Source: Octopus vulgaris (Eukaryota). From it: 64,000 nt of DNA. Each line of letters begins with the position of its first letter. The first letter of the stretch is position 1. Shown one piece after another: positions 12,657 through 23,014 of the stretch. The notes under the pieces were generated by a model. That model worked only from the letters and a program-made list of their open reading frames with translations. It ran no database searches and had not been told where the DNA came from. Both the position numbers and the translations under genes were made by a program. The stretch spans positions 33,914,001 through 33,978,000 of the forward strand of contig OX597817.1 of assembly GCA_951406725.2 (NCBI GenBank), in the 5' to 3' direction.

Positions 12657-13032
12657 ACTGGAAACTGTCATAAAAATAAAAGCAAAGTTTTACAGCTGGA
12701 TCAACAAAATTAGCAATAGAAATTGTCTACTTCAATAAAACCCTTAAATATATACATGCAGGCATAGCTGTATGATTCTGGGTCCAGTCCTACTGCATGA
12801 CATCTTGGCAGGTATCTTCAACTGAAATCTCCAGAGTGAAATAAGGAGCATGTAAAATGTGTGTGTGAGTGTGTGTAAACTAGTGTCAAGATGCATCACC
12901 TAACACTAAAATAAGTACTAGGAATAAATATAATCAGCTAACACTCTTAATTATGATGCCTTAAGACAGTTGAAATCAGTAAACGAATAAGGGGAAAAGA
13001 GAAGTTCATATGAATCTAATAAAAATAAAATT

Positions 13033-13268
13033 ATTGCAGCGTGGAAGGTGTTTATAAGCCATTTAAGAAACACACAAAAACCGTTAGATTCACTTCAACA
13101 TTTAAATTTAATTTGTCAAAATATTTTCGTCGCTTTGAGACAGAGACCTGTTCACTGACAAAACTTTGTGTGTTTCTTAAATGGCTTATAAACACCTTCC
13201 ACGCTGCAATTGTTTTCATTCTAGCACACGATCTCAGATCAGGTCACTTGCTATGCAAGTACATCTCC
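13033..13268 (-). mobile_element. Penelope-like element terminal fragment in a partially inverted arrangement, containing a minimal hammerhead motif
   Basis: 12-bp TSD aaaaataaaatt (13021-13032 / 13269-13280). 46-bp inverted arms at 13033-13078 and 13165-13210. Hammerhead-like core between the arms. Inverted ends and minimal hammerheads are established PLE hallmarks. Confidence 0.65.
13112..13162 (-). ncRNA. Putative minimal type-I hammerhead ribozyme, G3-C8 core variant
   Basis: Minus strand reads TTTGTCA-GTGAACA-G-GTC(tctgtctcaaagc)GAC-GAAA-ATAT-TT-TGACAAA. This gives a 7-bp stem I, a core, stem II, GAAA, a palindromic stem III and a UU cleavage site. Confidence 0.55.
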
Positions 13269-14889
13269 AAAAATAAAATTGTTTCAAAGATATCATCTAT
13301 AACAATTCCAAAAATATCAATTTGCTATTCTCTCTAAAGAATTGGGCTTACATTTTCATTTTCACAGTAAGCTTTTCTTATTCTTAAATTTTTACAACGA
13401 ACATTCAACTGAGTTTTAATTTGTTTAAATCACTGCCATCTTTATACTTCTAGTTACTCTCACCCACCTTATATAGTGTTGGGTAGGCATATAGCTTCTC
13501 TATAACAAGACACCTGGGGTTGTTGCTCTATGATACTGTTTTAAAATTGTTTTAATTTTGTTTAAATCAGAAATAATTAGCTATTGTTAATTATTGTTTC
13601 TGTTGGTTATTATCTACAGATATTGTCTCTGTTAGTTATTATCCAGGGTTTTAAAAAAATGGAGTCGGAGAGACTACAGATATTAACACTATTAGTGACA
13701 AACCTGAGCAGGGAAGAGAAATATCTCAACTGTTGCCACTTGCTATCGATATAAATTTGGAAACCATAAAAACAACTGAGGTCATTGACTTCCATTTGAC
13801 TGTTGTGAAAAAAAAAAAAAAAAATCATGTGGCTCAGATGTATCATATTGGTGCAAATAGGAGAGCAGGAACAAAGAACCAGACAGGCACACACAAGAAA
13901 ATACTCAATGCATTAAAACTGAAACATATGTAAATGTCAGCAGGTGAAATGCTCAACACAATGACTAACCTAATTCAGGTTGTTTATGATATGAATGGTC
14001 TTAAAATAAAAAATCCTGACAGACGTACAGAAAGTTACCTGCACATAACTCAAGGGAAGTTCAACACTCATTTCACCAGGTGATCAAATGCCTTTATCTT
14101 CTGTTATAATCTTACTTCTAGAATACTTTATATGGACTATTCTACTTTTACTCTCAAGTTTCAAGGTCGCTGTTAGAGAGTAGGGAGGGGCATAGTTCTA
14201 ATCCAGAGATTCACGGTCTATATATAGACCAGTGTTTTAGTTACATGCTACCATTAGTCAGTAATTAGTTGTGAAGATTGTGCATTACTATTAGGAATAC
14301 TGTTAAACATGTGGTATAGAATGTATCCTTTTGATATCAGTGTTTACTGCAACCCTTATGACACCAGTCCTTGTAAAATACATTCTGTTGTCCTTACTAT
14401 TTTCTATGAGCTATAATCAATGAACTCAACAAGATTTATTTAGTTGGTTTAATTTCACTTCCTTTTTTTTTTTAATGTCTGTTTTCCATGTTGTCCTGGG
14501 TTGTACAGTTTGACAGGAGCTGACAAGTCAAACTGTGCCAAGCTCCAGTTTCAGCTTTGGCAGGGTTTCTATATAGCTGGATGCCTTTCCTAATGCCAAT
14601 CACTTTACAATGTGTGGTGGATGCTTTTTTTTTTCATGCCACCAGCACTAGATGTGGTCACCAAGTAACATGCAAGACGTGAAAGAACAGGAAAAAGGAA
14701 AAGCTCTCTCAACTAAATTTGTGCGGGTGGGATTTTAGGGGCCAGTGGTTCTATGCCAGGTGTTGAGAGGTAAAAGTATCATAGAGCAACAACCCCAGGT
14801 GTCTTGTTATAGAGAAGGTATATGCCTACCCAACACTAAGGGTGGATGAGAGTAACTAGAAGTATAAAGATGGCAGTGATAATATCTCA

Positions 14890-15705
14890 AGATACAAGAA
14901 GCTAAGAGAGAGAGAGAAGTAGCTCAAGAAGGAAAATAGACCAGAAAGGAGGATGACATGCAAAGTGGAGGTATGGTCATGTGGCGAGAATGGATGAGGA
15001 TAGCTGTATGAAAAAGTGCCACACCCTAGCAGCTGAGGGAACCTGTGGATGAGGTAGACACAGGAAGACCTGTGATGAGGTGGTGAAGCACAACCTTCAA
15101 ACATTAGGCCTCACTGAGGTAATGACTAGTGGCCGAGACCTTTGGAAATATGCAGTGTGTGAGAAGACCCAGCAAGCCAAGTGAGACCATAACTCGTGGC
15201 CTATGCCAGGGGTGTAACCAGCCCACTTATGCATACCTTTCCTTCACTTGACACTAAACTCTGCTTGCAAAGACCTGTTGAGGCAATCGAAATCGAATCA
15301 AATTCAATGACTGGCATCCATGCCAGTGGAGTGCTAAGAGCACTATCCAAGTGTGATCGTTGACAGAGCTGCTGACCAGCTTCCATACCGGTGGCATGTG
15401 AAAAACATTCAAGCGAGGTAGTTGCCAGTGCCACTTGACTGGCTACTGTGCAGGTGGCACGTAAAAAAACACCATTTAAGCGTGGCCGTTGCCAGTACTG
15501 TCTGACTGGCCCTCGTGCCGGTGGCACGTAAAAGCACCCACTACACTCTTGGAGTGATTGGCGTTAGGAAGGGCATCCAGCTGTAGAAACTCTGCAAGAT
15601 TAGATTGGAGCCTGGTGCAGCCATCTGGTTTGCCAGCCCTCAGTCAAATTGTCCAACCCATGCTAGCATGGAAAGCGAATGTTAAACAATGATGATGATG
15701 ATGAT
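14890..15705 (+). mobile_element. RTE-clade LINE 3' portion (decayed ORF2 C-terminus plus repeat-bearing 3' UTR, (GAT)n tail); 3'-end fragments also at ~1100-1300, 8085-8400, 16235-16552, 17969-18115, 21467-21650, 22705-22850, 25930-26130, 27165-27460, 31015-31335, 39408-39630, 45293-45615, 50977-51200, 59395-60080, 62390-62932
   Basis: Remnants of W(Y)GHV.RM and GTCG.GR.RKT motifs, followed by ...ttaggaagggcatccagctgtagaaac...aacccatgctagcatggaaa...(gat)n. Confidence 0.85.
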
Positions 15706-15709
15706 ATAT

Positions 15710-16668
15710 ACTAGACTACCTGTGACCTGTTAGGTCTCCAATAGTTCAAGGTACCCCAAAAAACTGTGTTTTGGAAGCTGTGGTCCAATTTATGCAAAAC
15801 TTGTTTTATTCCATTTGTATTCACATTTCAATGGTACCTTACTTTCAAAGTATTCTCCCATTATACACCAGTTTGGCTGTATTAAATTACTGACAAGCAC
15901 GCATACAGGCAATTATAAAGGTACCCGAAAAAACCCCACATATCTTAGGAACCTGTGGTCAGATTTACGTGAAACTTGTCTTATAACATTTGTATTCCCA
16001 TTTCAAGGGCACTCTATATTCAGAGTATTTTCCCATTATGCGCCAGTTTGGCTGTATTAAATTACAAACAAGCACACATGCAAGCAAGCAAGCAAAACTA
16101 TCCAGGTGTTCATAGTAAATAGCAATAATAACTCCAGGTTCCACAGCTTAAATTTGTGGAAACAAACCCAAAAAAAACTATGTATCTCAAGAATCCGTAG
16201 TCCAATTTATGCGAAACTGGTTTTCTTGTTTATCCATGCCAGTGACACATAAAAAGCACCGTCCGAATGTGGCAGATCCCAGCGCCACCTGACTTGCATC
16301 CGTGTCGGTGACACATAAAAGCGCCAACCAATCATGGCTGTTTGCCAGCCTCCCCTCGCCCCTGTGCCAGTGGCACGTAAAAAGCACCCACTACATTCAC
16401 GGAGTGGTTGGTGTTAGGAAGGGCATCCAGCTAGAAACACTGCCAGATCAGACTGGAGCCTGGTGCAGCCTCCTGGCCTCCAAGACCCCAGTCGAACCGT
16501 CCAACCCATACTAGCATGGAAAACGGACGTTAAACGATGATGATGATGATGATTTCAGAGTTACCTTACTTTCAGAGTATTATTTTCCCATTATACATTG
16601 GCTTGGCTGTATTAAATTACAGACAAGTATGCAGGCAAGCAATCACAGAGTTTTAGTAGTATATAGAT
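15710..16668 (+). mobile_element. Non-autonomous Helitron/Helentron-like element with ~170-190-bp internal tandem units, interrupted by an RTE tail
   Basis: Starts ACTAG followed by a short hairpin-like segment and ends ...ttttagtagtatatagat. Three diverged units (~15750, ~15920, ~16165+16555), each ending in a (caag)n-type microsatellite. Confidence 0.5.
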
Positions 16669-16908
16669 ACACACACATATATATAAGCAATGGGCTTCTT
16701 TCAGTTTTCGTCAACCAAATCCAGTCACAAGGTTGGCCAGGGGCTATAGTGGAAGATACTTGTTCATGGTGTCATGCAGGAGAAGTGAATTTGAAGTCAT
16801 TTGGTTGTGAAGCAAACTTCTTACCACACAGCTATGTGTGTACCAATACTCAACAGTTATTTTTTAATTAAAGAAAATGCTGGCCTCAACTTTATACAAT
16901 GTCTACAC

Positions 16909-17085
16909 CAGTGCTTTTCAAACTTTTTGCTGGAGCGGAACCCCAAGGAAACATTCCACTGGCTCGGGGAACCCGTGCAATAATTTAATAGTCTTATGCA
17001 CACATATCTGCACAGGAGAATTAAAAATTACTGCCAGTTTTAGCAGTTTTGTAACTTCTTGCGGAACCCTGGTTGAAAACCACTG
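16909..17085. mobile_element. hAT (Charlie-like) MITE
   Basis: TIRs CAGTGcTTTTCAA / TTGAAAAcCACTG and perfect 8-bp TSD gtctacac (16901-16908, 17086-17093). Confidence 0.9.
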
Positions 17086-18499
17086 GTCTACACTGTAGAT
17101 AACAATACCATTCTATTTCCTCCCCTCAACTACAATCTTGAATAGCTTTTAATATTTAGTACATAGACTTAATATAGAAAGAGATTTTTTTAAAATTAAA
17201 TACAATAATACAAGTTTTCCAAGCAGGAATGGAGATCACTTTCGTGATTAAAAAGAAATTATATCATAGGCACTAAATACATTTGGAAAAAGAAAATGCT
17301 GTACCACACCCTTTATAAATGCAAAAACCTAACAAATTAGCTAAAACATTTAATGTCAACACATTTCTTGATTTTGTTTTTTTTTTCAACTACCAAATGG
17401 AAATCAATGATGATCTCAGCAGTTTCTAAATTTATGTCAATATCAAATAACAAAACACTCTAGATGTTTCTCTTCCCTGGTCATTGTTGTTACCTATGTT
17501 ATTAATATCTATTTCTTTATTGCCCACGGGGCTATTAATATCTAGTCACTCCATCCTTCAAATCTCTAGCAATGAAAGTTTAATGGAAATATATTAGAAA
17601 ACGTCACTCAGATTCTCTCTAGAAAACCTCCAGCTGGTTAAGTTATCACTTTTTTTCTTCCTACATATTTTCCAAGCCGTCTTTTAACTTCCTTCTCTAG
17701 ACTACTTAGAAACTTGCCTTAAGACTACCTTCAGAAATGATAATAAAAAAACAAGGTTTCATGATTATAAGGAATAATCATAAATGAATGGTATAAATAT
17801 GTAACTTAAACGAAATCTTGATGAAAAATTTTTTAATATTTTTTTAAAAATTAGTGCAAGTAAGGAAGCACCTCCATATTGTGTGTTAGGAACGCTTTTG
17901 GAAGCACCTCCATATTGTGTGTTGACGAGAAAAAGAAAGAAAAAGGCCTCAGTCATTAAGTGAAAACCGCGTTAGGAAGGGCATCCAGCCGTAGAAACAC
18001 TGCCAGATCAGACTGGGCCTGATGCAGCCTTCTGGCTTCACAGACCCCAGTTGAACCGTCCAACCCATGCTAGCATGGAAAGCGGACGCTAAATGGTGAT
18101 GATGATGATGATGATTTTCAGGGTCTCTGATGGGGAAGAGGAAACAACTTTCACACTATACCTGGTCCAAAAGTTAGACACACAAAGACCAAGGGTGAAC
18201 AGGGGCGAAGGATTAACTGACTAGCTCCACAGTTTCCGTCAATCAAATCTGACTGACAAGGCTTTGGTCGATCAGAGGCCATGCTGATAGACACTTGACC
18301 GAAGTGTCGTGCAGTGGGACTGAACCAGAAACCATGTAATTGTGAAGCGAACTTCTTTATCATACAGCCATACATGCACCTATATGTTTATGTAGTCCAT
18401 AAACTAAATAATTTCAAATTATTAACAGAATTGATATCTACCAGTAAAACTAAATGAAATTATAATTCAATGAAATGAAGGGTTGAAGAAATAACTCAT

Positions 18500-20140
18500 A
18501 AACAACTAAATAAGCCGAATTTAGTGAACGGGACATTCTCTTCGTCGCAAACATTTAGGCTTCTTCAAATAGGTCTTCTCTTACTGCTATTAATGTTCAA
18601 ATTGGCGCTTAATAATGCACGCCAGTCTGGTGAACTGTTAAAACACAAAGACTCGTACGAAAGAAACCTGATTGCGCACTAGAGGAGCACGGGTTTCTCG
18701 GTTTTCACTTAATGACTGAGGCCTTTTTCTTTCTTTGTCTCGTCAACACACAATATGGAGGTGCTTCCAAAATATTTGCACAAAATCTTTTGACGAGGCA
18801 TTATCCATTTCCGATCATTAATTTGCTATCCTCTAGTCATATGCCAGATGGCGAGGCAAAACTTCGTGGATCTAACAGCTAAGTGTATCGAGACTCCACC
18901 CCGTGCAACACATTTCTTTCTATGGGTCTTAACACTAAGAAAGCTTACTTTCGACACGTTTTATGTTGCTACCCGATAAAACACTTAATTCCACAATCAG
19001 ATTCCCTCCTCTTCACCCTTCTTTTTATCAGGCCCATAACAAGAGATATAGGAGTTGTCTAGGAATAGCAATATGGCTATGAAATTTTTGCTATATTGCC
19101 ATAATAAAACTTCATTCATAATTTTAATTCTATAGCCATATAGAGAAGAATTAAGATTCTATGTCAATATATTAATATCATTATTATAGTGTCTGTGCGT
19201 GAGTATATATATATTTATTTATATATTGCAGAGGTATCCAAAAGTCGAAAATATATTTCTTCAACCCTTCATTTCATTGAATTATAATTTCATTTAGTTT
19301 TACTGGTAGATATGTGTTAATAATTTGAAATTATTTAGTTTATGGACTACATAAACATATAGGTGTATGTATGGTTGTATGATAAAGAAGTTCGCTTCAC
19401 ATGACAGCGGCCTATTATACATATAGGCTGTCTATAGGCTGTCGTGTTTATTAAAACTTAAGATATCAAAATATAAGCGGGTTGAAAGAATGATGCAATA
19501 GAAAACGTATATATGTTACATATTGCCACATTACATTTAACTATGTAATCAGAAGCATATGTAAAAGAAAATACAAGAAAATTAAAATACTTACCCGACA
19601 ATCGAACTGTCTTGAAAAACACAAGAGTGAATAAAAATGTGAGATGAGAAGAAATTAGATGAATTAACGATATTTAGTTAACAACCTTAGAAACAGACAA
19701 CAACCGGGACGAGTTGCAACAAAATACAACTCTCCGTATAATGGTACAGGCTAAAAAGTATCAATGAAACACGCACATCTTACTCTCCCATGTATAGGTA
19801 CTTTCTGCTGTCTGTAGCGTAAATTAGCCAGTAATTTTTCAGTTATATATATATATTAATCTATAACGCCACTAACTGCCTGTATTGCATCATATTTTGT
19901 CCTTTTAATGTTAATATTGCAATTTCCTAAGCAAAATATTTGTTTTTAATCTTTTACTTAATTTTTAGCTTTCGTTTCTTTAGTTTGATTTGACAATTAT
20001 CGTGCTTACTTGATAACACTTGGTTATCACATGTTAAAGTTAGTGATAGCATATTTAAATGCAGTGAACATACTTTCGAAGAGAGATCGAGAAAGATCCG
20101 CGAATAAGGCGGCGGCGACGCTGTTGTTGTTGCATAATCC
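18500..20140. promoter_or_regulatory. CpG-retaining, largely TE-free region; candidate AARS1 promoter and start of intron 1
   Basis: Visibly more CG dinucleotides than the CpG-depleted flanks (e.g. gatccgcgaataaggcggcggcgacg at ~20095-20120). Surrounds the candidate first-exon donor. Confidence 0.45.
19595..19740 (-). other. AARS1: Probable non-coding first (5' UTR) exon of AARS1; upstream boundary approximate
   Basis: Consensus donor CGG|GTAAGT at 19595/19594 in unique, CpG-richer DNA. The coding exon has an acceptor upstream of its ATG, so an upstream exon is required. Frames joining to the ATG contain stops. Confidence 0.55.
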
Positions 20141-20262
20141 CAAGTAGGTCAGGACTGAGCAATCACATTATCAAGTATATTCTTTCCTAAAACGATAGGG
20201 TGATTTGGCTGTTATTTCTAGCAATCAGATGACCACACATAAATCCCTTTTCGGTTCTCTTT

Positions 20263-20488
20263 TTAACCATTTTGTTACTGTATTTATTTTGAGATGCTCT
20301 GTGTTTCTGTCAGTTACTTTAAATATAGCAAAAGAATTTAGTAAAATAACTTAGTTATCATTCAGCTAGTGTTAGGAACATAAATTGTGACTTAGGTTTG
20401 GTAGAAGATTTTAATTCAAAACTTATGAAAACAAGATTTTTGTACTACAGAGCCAGAGCCGGTTTCAGCCGGGTTGGTAATGAAAGGG
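20263..20488. mobile_element. piggyBac-like MITE (degenerate)
   Basis: TTAA-CCATTTtGTTAC ... GTAAtGAAAGGG-tata termini. Confidence 0.55.
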
Positions 20489-21132
20489 TATATATTCAAA
20501 TAAATAAGCGAAAAGGCATTTCCCATGCTTGATATGATTTTACATCTATGTTTCCTTGCTGGCATGGGTTGGACTAGTTTTATGGCCAAAATACTCTTTC
20601 TGTTGCCAACCCATTGAGTTACTTTTTCCGGCACACGGGGACACCGTATAACTATTCTAAACCCAAGATACACTCGTACACTAGATTATACATTTAAATC
20701 CAAAAATATTTCAAATAAAAACCAAAGCTCAGTGGTTGGAACGAGTAAATGATTTACTGGAGATAATTTTTTTACAGCTTGTTTTTGTAAATTCAAAACC
20801 TCACACGAGTACAGTTGAGAAAGTAAGGGGTTATAATTAAATAGATTAGTAAGGCAGTGAAGTGGAAGACTCGTTAGAGTGTAGGTTCAAGAGTGTTTCT
20901 TGTGGGGGTTTTTCATACTCTGAGTTCAAATACCACTGAGATCAACGTTGCTTTCCTCTTGTTAGGGTTGATAAAATAAGTACCAGTTAAGTGCTGGAGT
21001 CAATGTAATCAACTAGCTCTTCCCCCAAAATTTCACTCCCTGTGCCTAGTGCCTACAGCAGAAAGAATTATTACATACATTAGTAAGGCAGTGGGCTGAA
21101 AGAATCATTACAGTGCCAGACAATATTTGGTC

Positions 21133-21247
21133 CACTAGAGTAGCTGGGGGAGGGACACTTTTGGGTCTGCTGTAGGTAATATGTGGGGTCCGGGGGGGCA
21201 GCAAATGGAAGGGCTGCCCTGAGACACACACTCTAGCTACGCTAGTG
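21133..21247. mobile_element. 115-bp hAT-like MITE nested in a SINE
   Basis: TIRs CACTAGaGTAGCT / AGCTACgCTAGTG and 8-bp TSD atttggtc/atttgttc. Confidence 0.8.
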
Positions 21248-23014
21248 ATTTGTTCCAAATGTCTATGCTCAGAGTTCAAATTCCATTGAGGTCAACATTG
21301 TCTTTCATCCTTTTGGTGTTGATATGATAAGTACTATTCAAGTGCTGAGGTCAATGGTATCAGCTAACACCTTCAACTCAAAATTGTTGACCTTGTGTCT
21401 AAAATTGTAACATCACAGGACTCGAAATTATGTTCAGTTCCCTAACATAATCACCCTACCATTTTATCATCATCATCATCATCGTTTAACGTCCGTTTTC
21501 CATGCTAGCATGGGTTGGACAGTTTGACTGGGGTCGGGGAAGCCAGGAGGCTGCACCAGGCTCCAGTCTGATCTGGCAGTGTTTCTACAGCTGGATGCCC
21601 TTCCTAATGCCAACCACTCCTTGAGTGTAGTGGGTGCTTTTTATGTGCAAAAAAAAAAAAGCACCCACTACACTCACGGAGTGGTTATATGTGTGAAATT
21701 AGTGCCTGACCCAAAAAATTAAAGTGAATTCCTAAAGTGAAATCAGGTAATGAAGAAATAGCAGCAAAATTTTCCTCAAATAGCACACTACTGTCATAAT
21801 CAAAGGTTAAGGTACATTGGATAATATGTAGCCCACAAAAGACAGAATTATCACAGTTGGAATGCTTATGATAAATAGGTCTATACAATCAGTTAACCTG
21901 GAATTGAACAGCAATGTCAACCCATGCTACTTCACTCTTTGTATCATCCAATTTGAAAATTTTTGAAATGTAGCATAAAATATAGAAACTGGAATCAAAA
22001 AGGCTATGTAAAAAAATCTTAAGTTGTCGTTCTAGGCATAGGAGTAGCTGTGTGGTAAGTAGCTTGCTTACCAACCACATGGTTCTGGGTTCAGTCCTAC
22101 TGTGTGGCACCTTGGGCAAGTGTCTTCTACTATAGCCTCAGGGTGACCAAAGCCTTGCAAGTGGATTTGGTAGACGGAAACTGAAAGAAGCCCATCGTAT
22201 GTATATATGTATGTGTTTGTATATATTTGTGTGTCTGTTTATCCCACCAACATCGCTTGACAACTGATGCTGGTGTGTTTACATCCCTGTAACTTAGCGG
22301 TTCAGCAAAAGAGACCAATAGAATAAGTACTAGGCTTACAAAGAATAAGTCCTGGGGTCGATTTGCTCGACTAAAGGCGGTGCTTCAGAATGGCCACAGT
22401 CAAAATGACTGAAACAAGTAAAAGAGTAAAGAGCAAAAGAGAGTCTATTGAAATCCTTTTAAGTACTGTTTAATAGACTTCATTCAATTTCATACATTTT
22501 CAAATTTTTTGTTATTTCTCAAAATTCAAGGCACATCAGTGCTGGTCACACATCAGTGGTGGTGACAAGGAAAAGCATCCACTTATACTCTTGGAATGAT
22601 TGGTGTAAGAAAGTGCATCCAGCTGGAGAAACCAAGCCAAACCAGACTAGAGTGGTGATACAGCTCTCCAGTTCACCAGTTCCTGTCAAACCATTTAATC
22701 ATCATCACCATCATCATTGTTTAACGTCCGTTTTCCATGCTAGCATGGGTTGGACGGTTCAACTGGGGTCTGGGAAGCCAGAAGGCTGCGCCAGGCCCAG
22801 TCTGATCTGGCAGTGTTTCTACAGCTGGATGCCCTTCCTAACGCCAATCCATGCCAACAATTAAAAATGGACGCTAAATGATGTTAATGCTGATGGATCT
22901 TTTAAAATATTGATTTTCTTTGATTACGCTCAGTCAATGTTTGATTCGGCATTGCTGGTTTATCTTTCCTCTATCACATCCAGCTGTGCATTTGCCTACA
23001 AGGTTTCCATAATA

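Noticed and set aside
12657-12671. ORF-track start MTVSS extending AlaRS
   Set aside because: That ATG lies within the acceptor sequence (ttttATGacAG), so it is intronic. The ATG at 12656 aligns with the conserved N-terminus.
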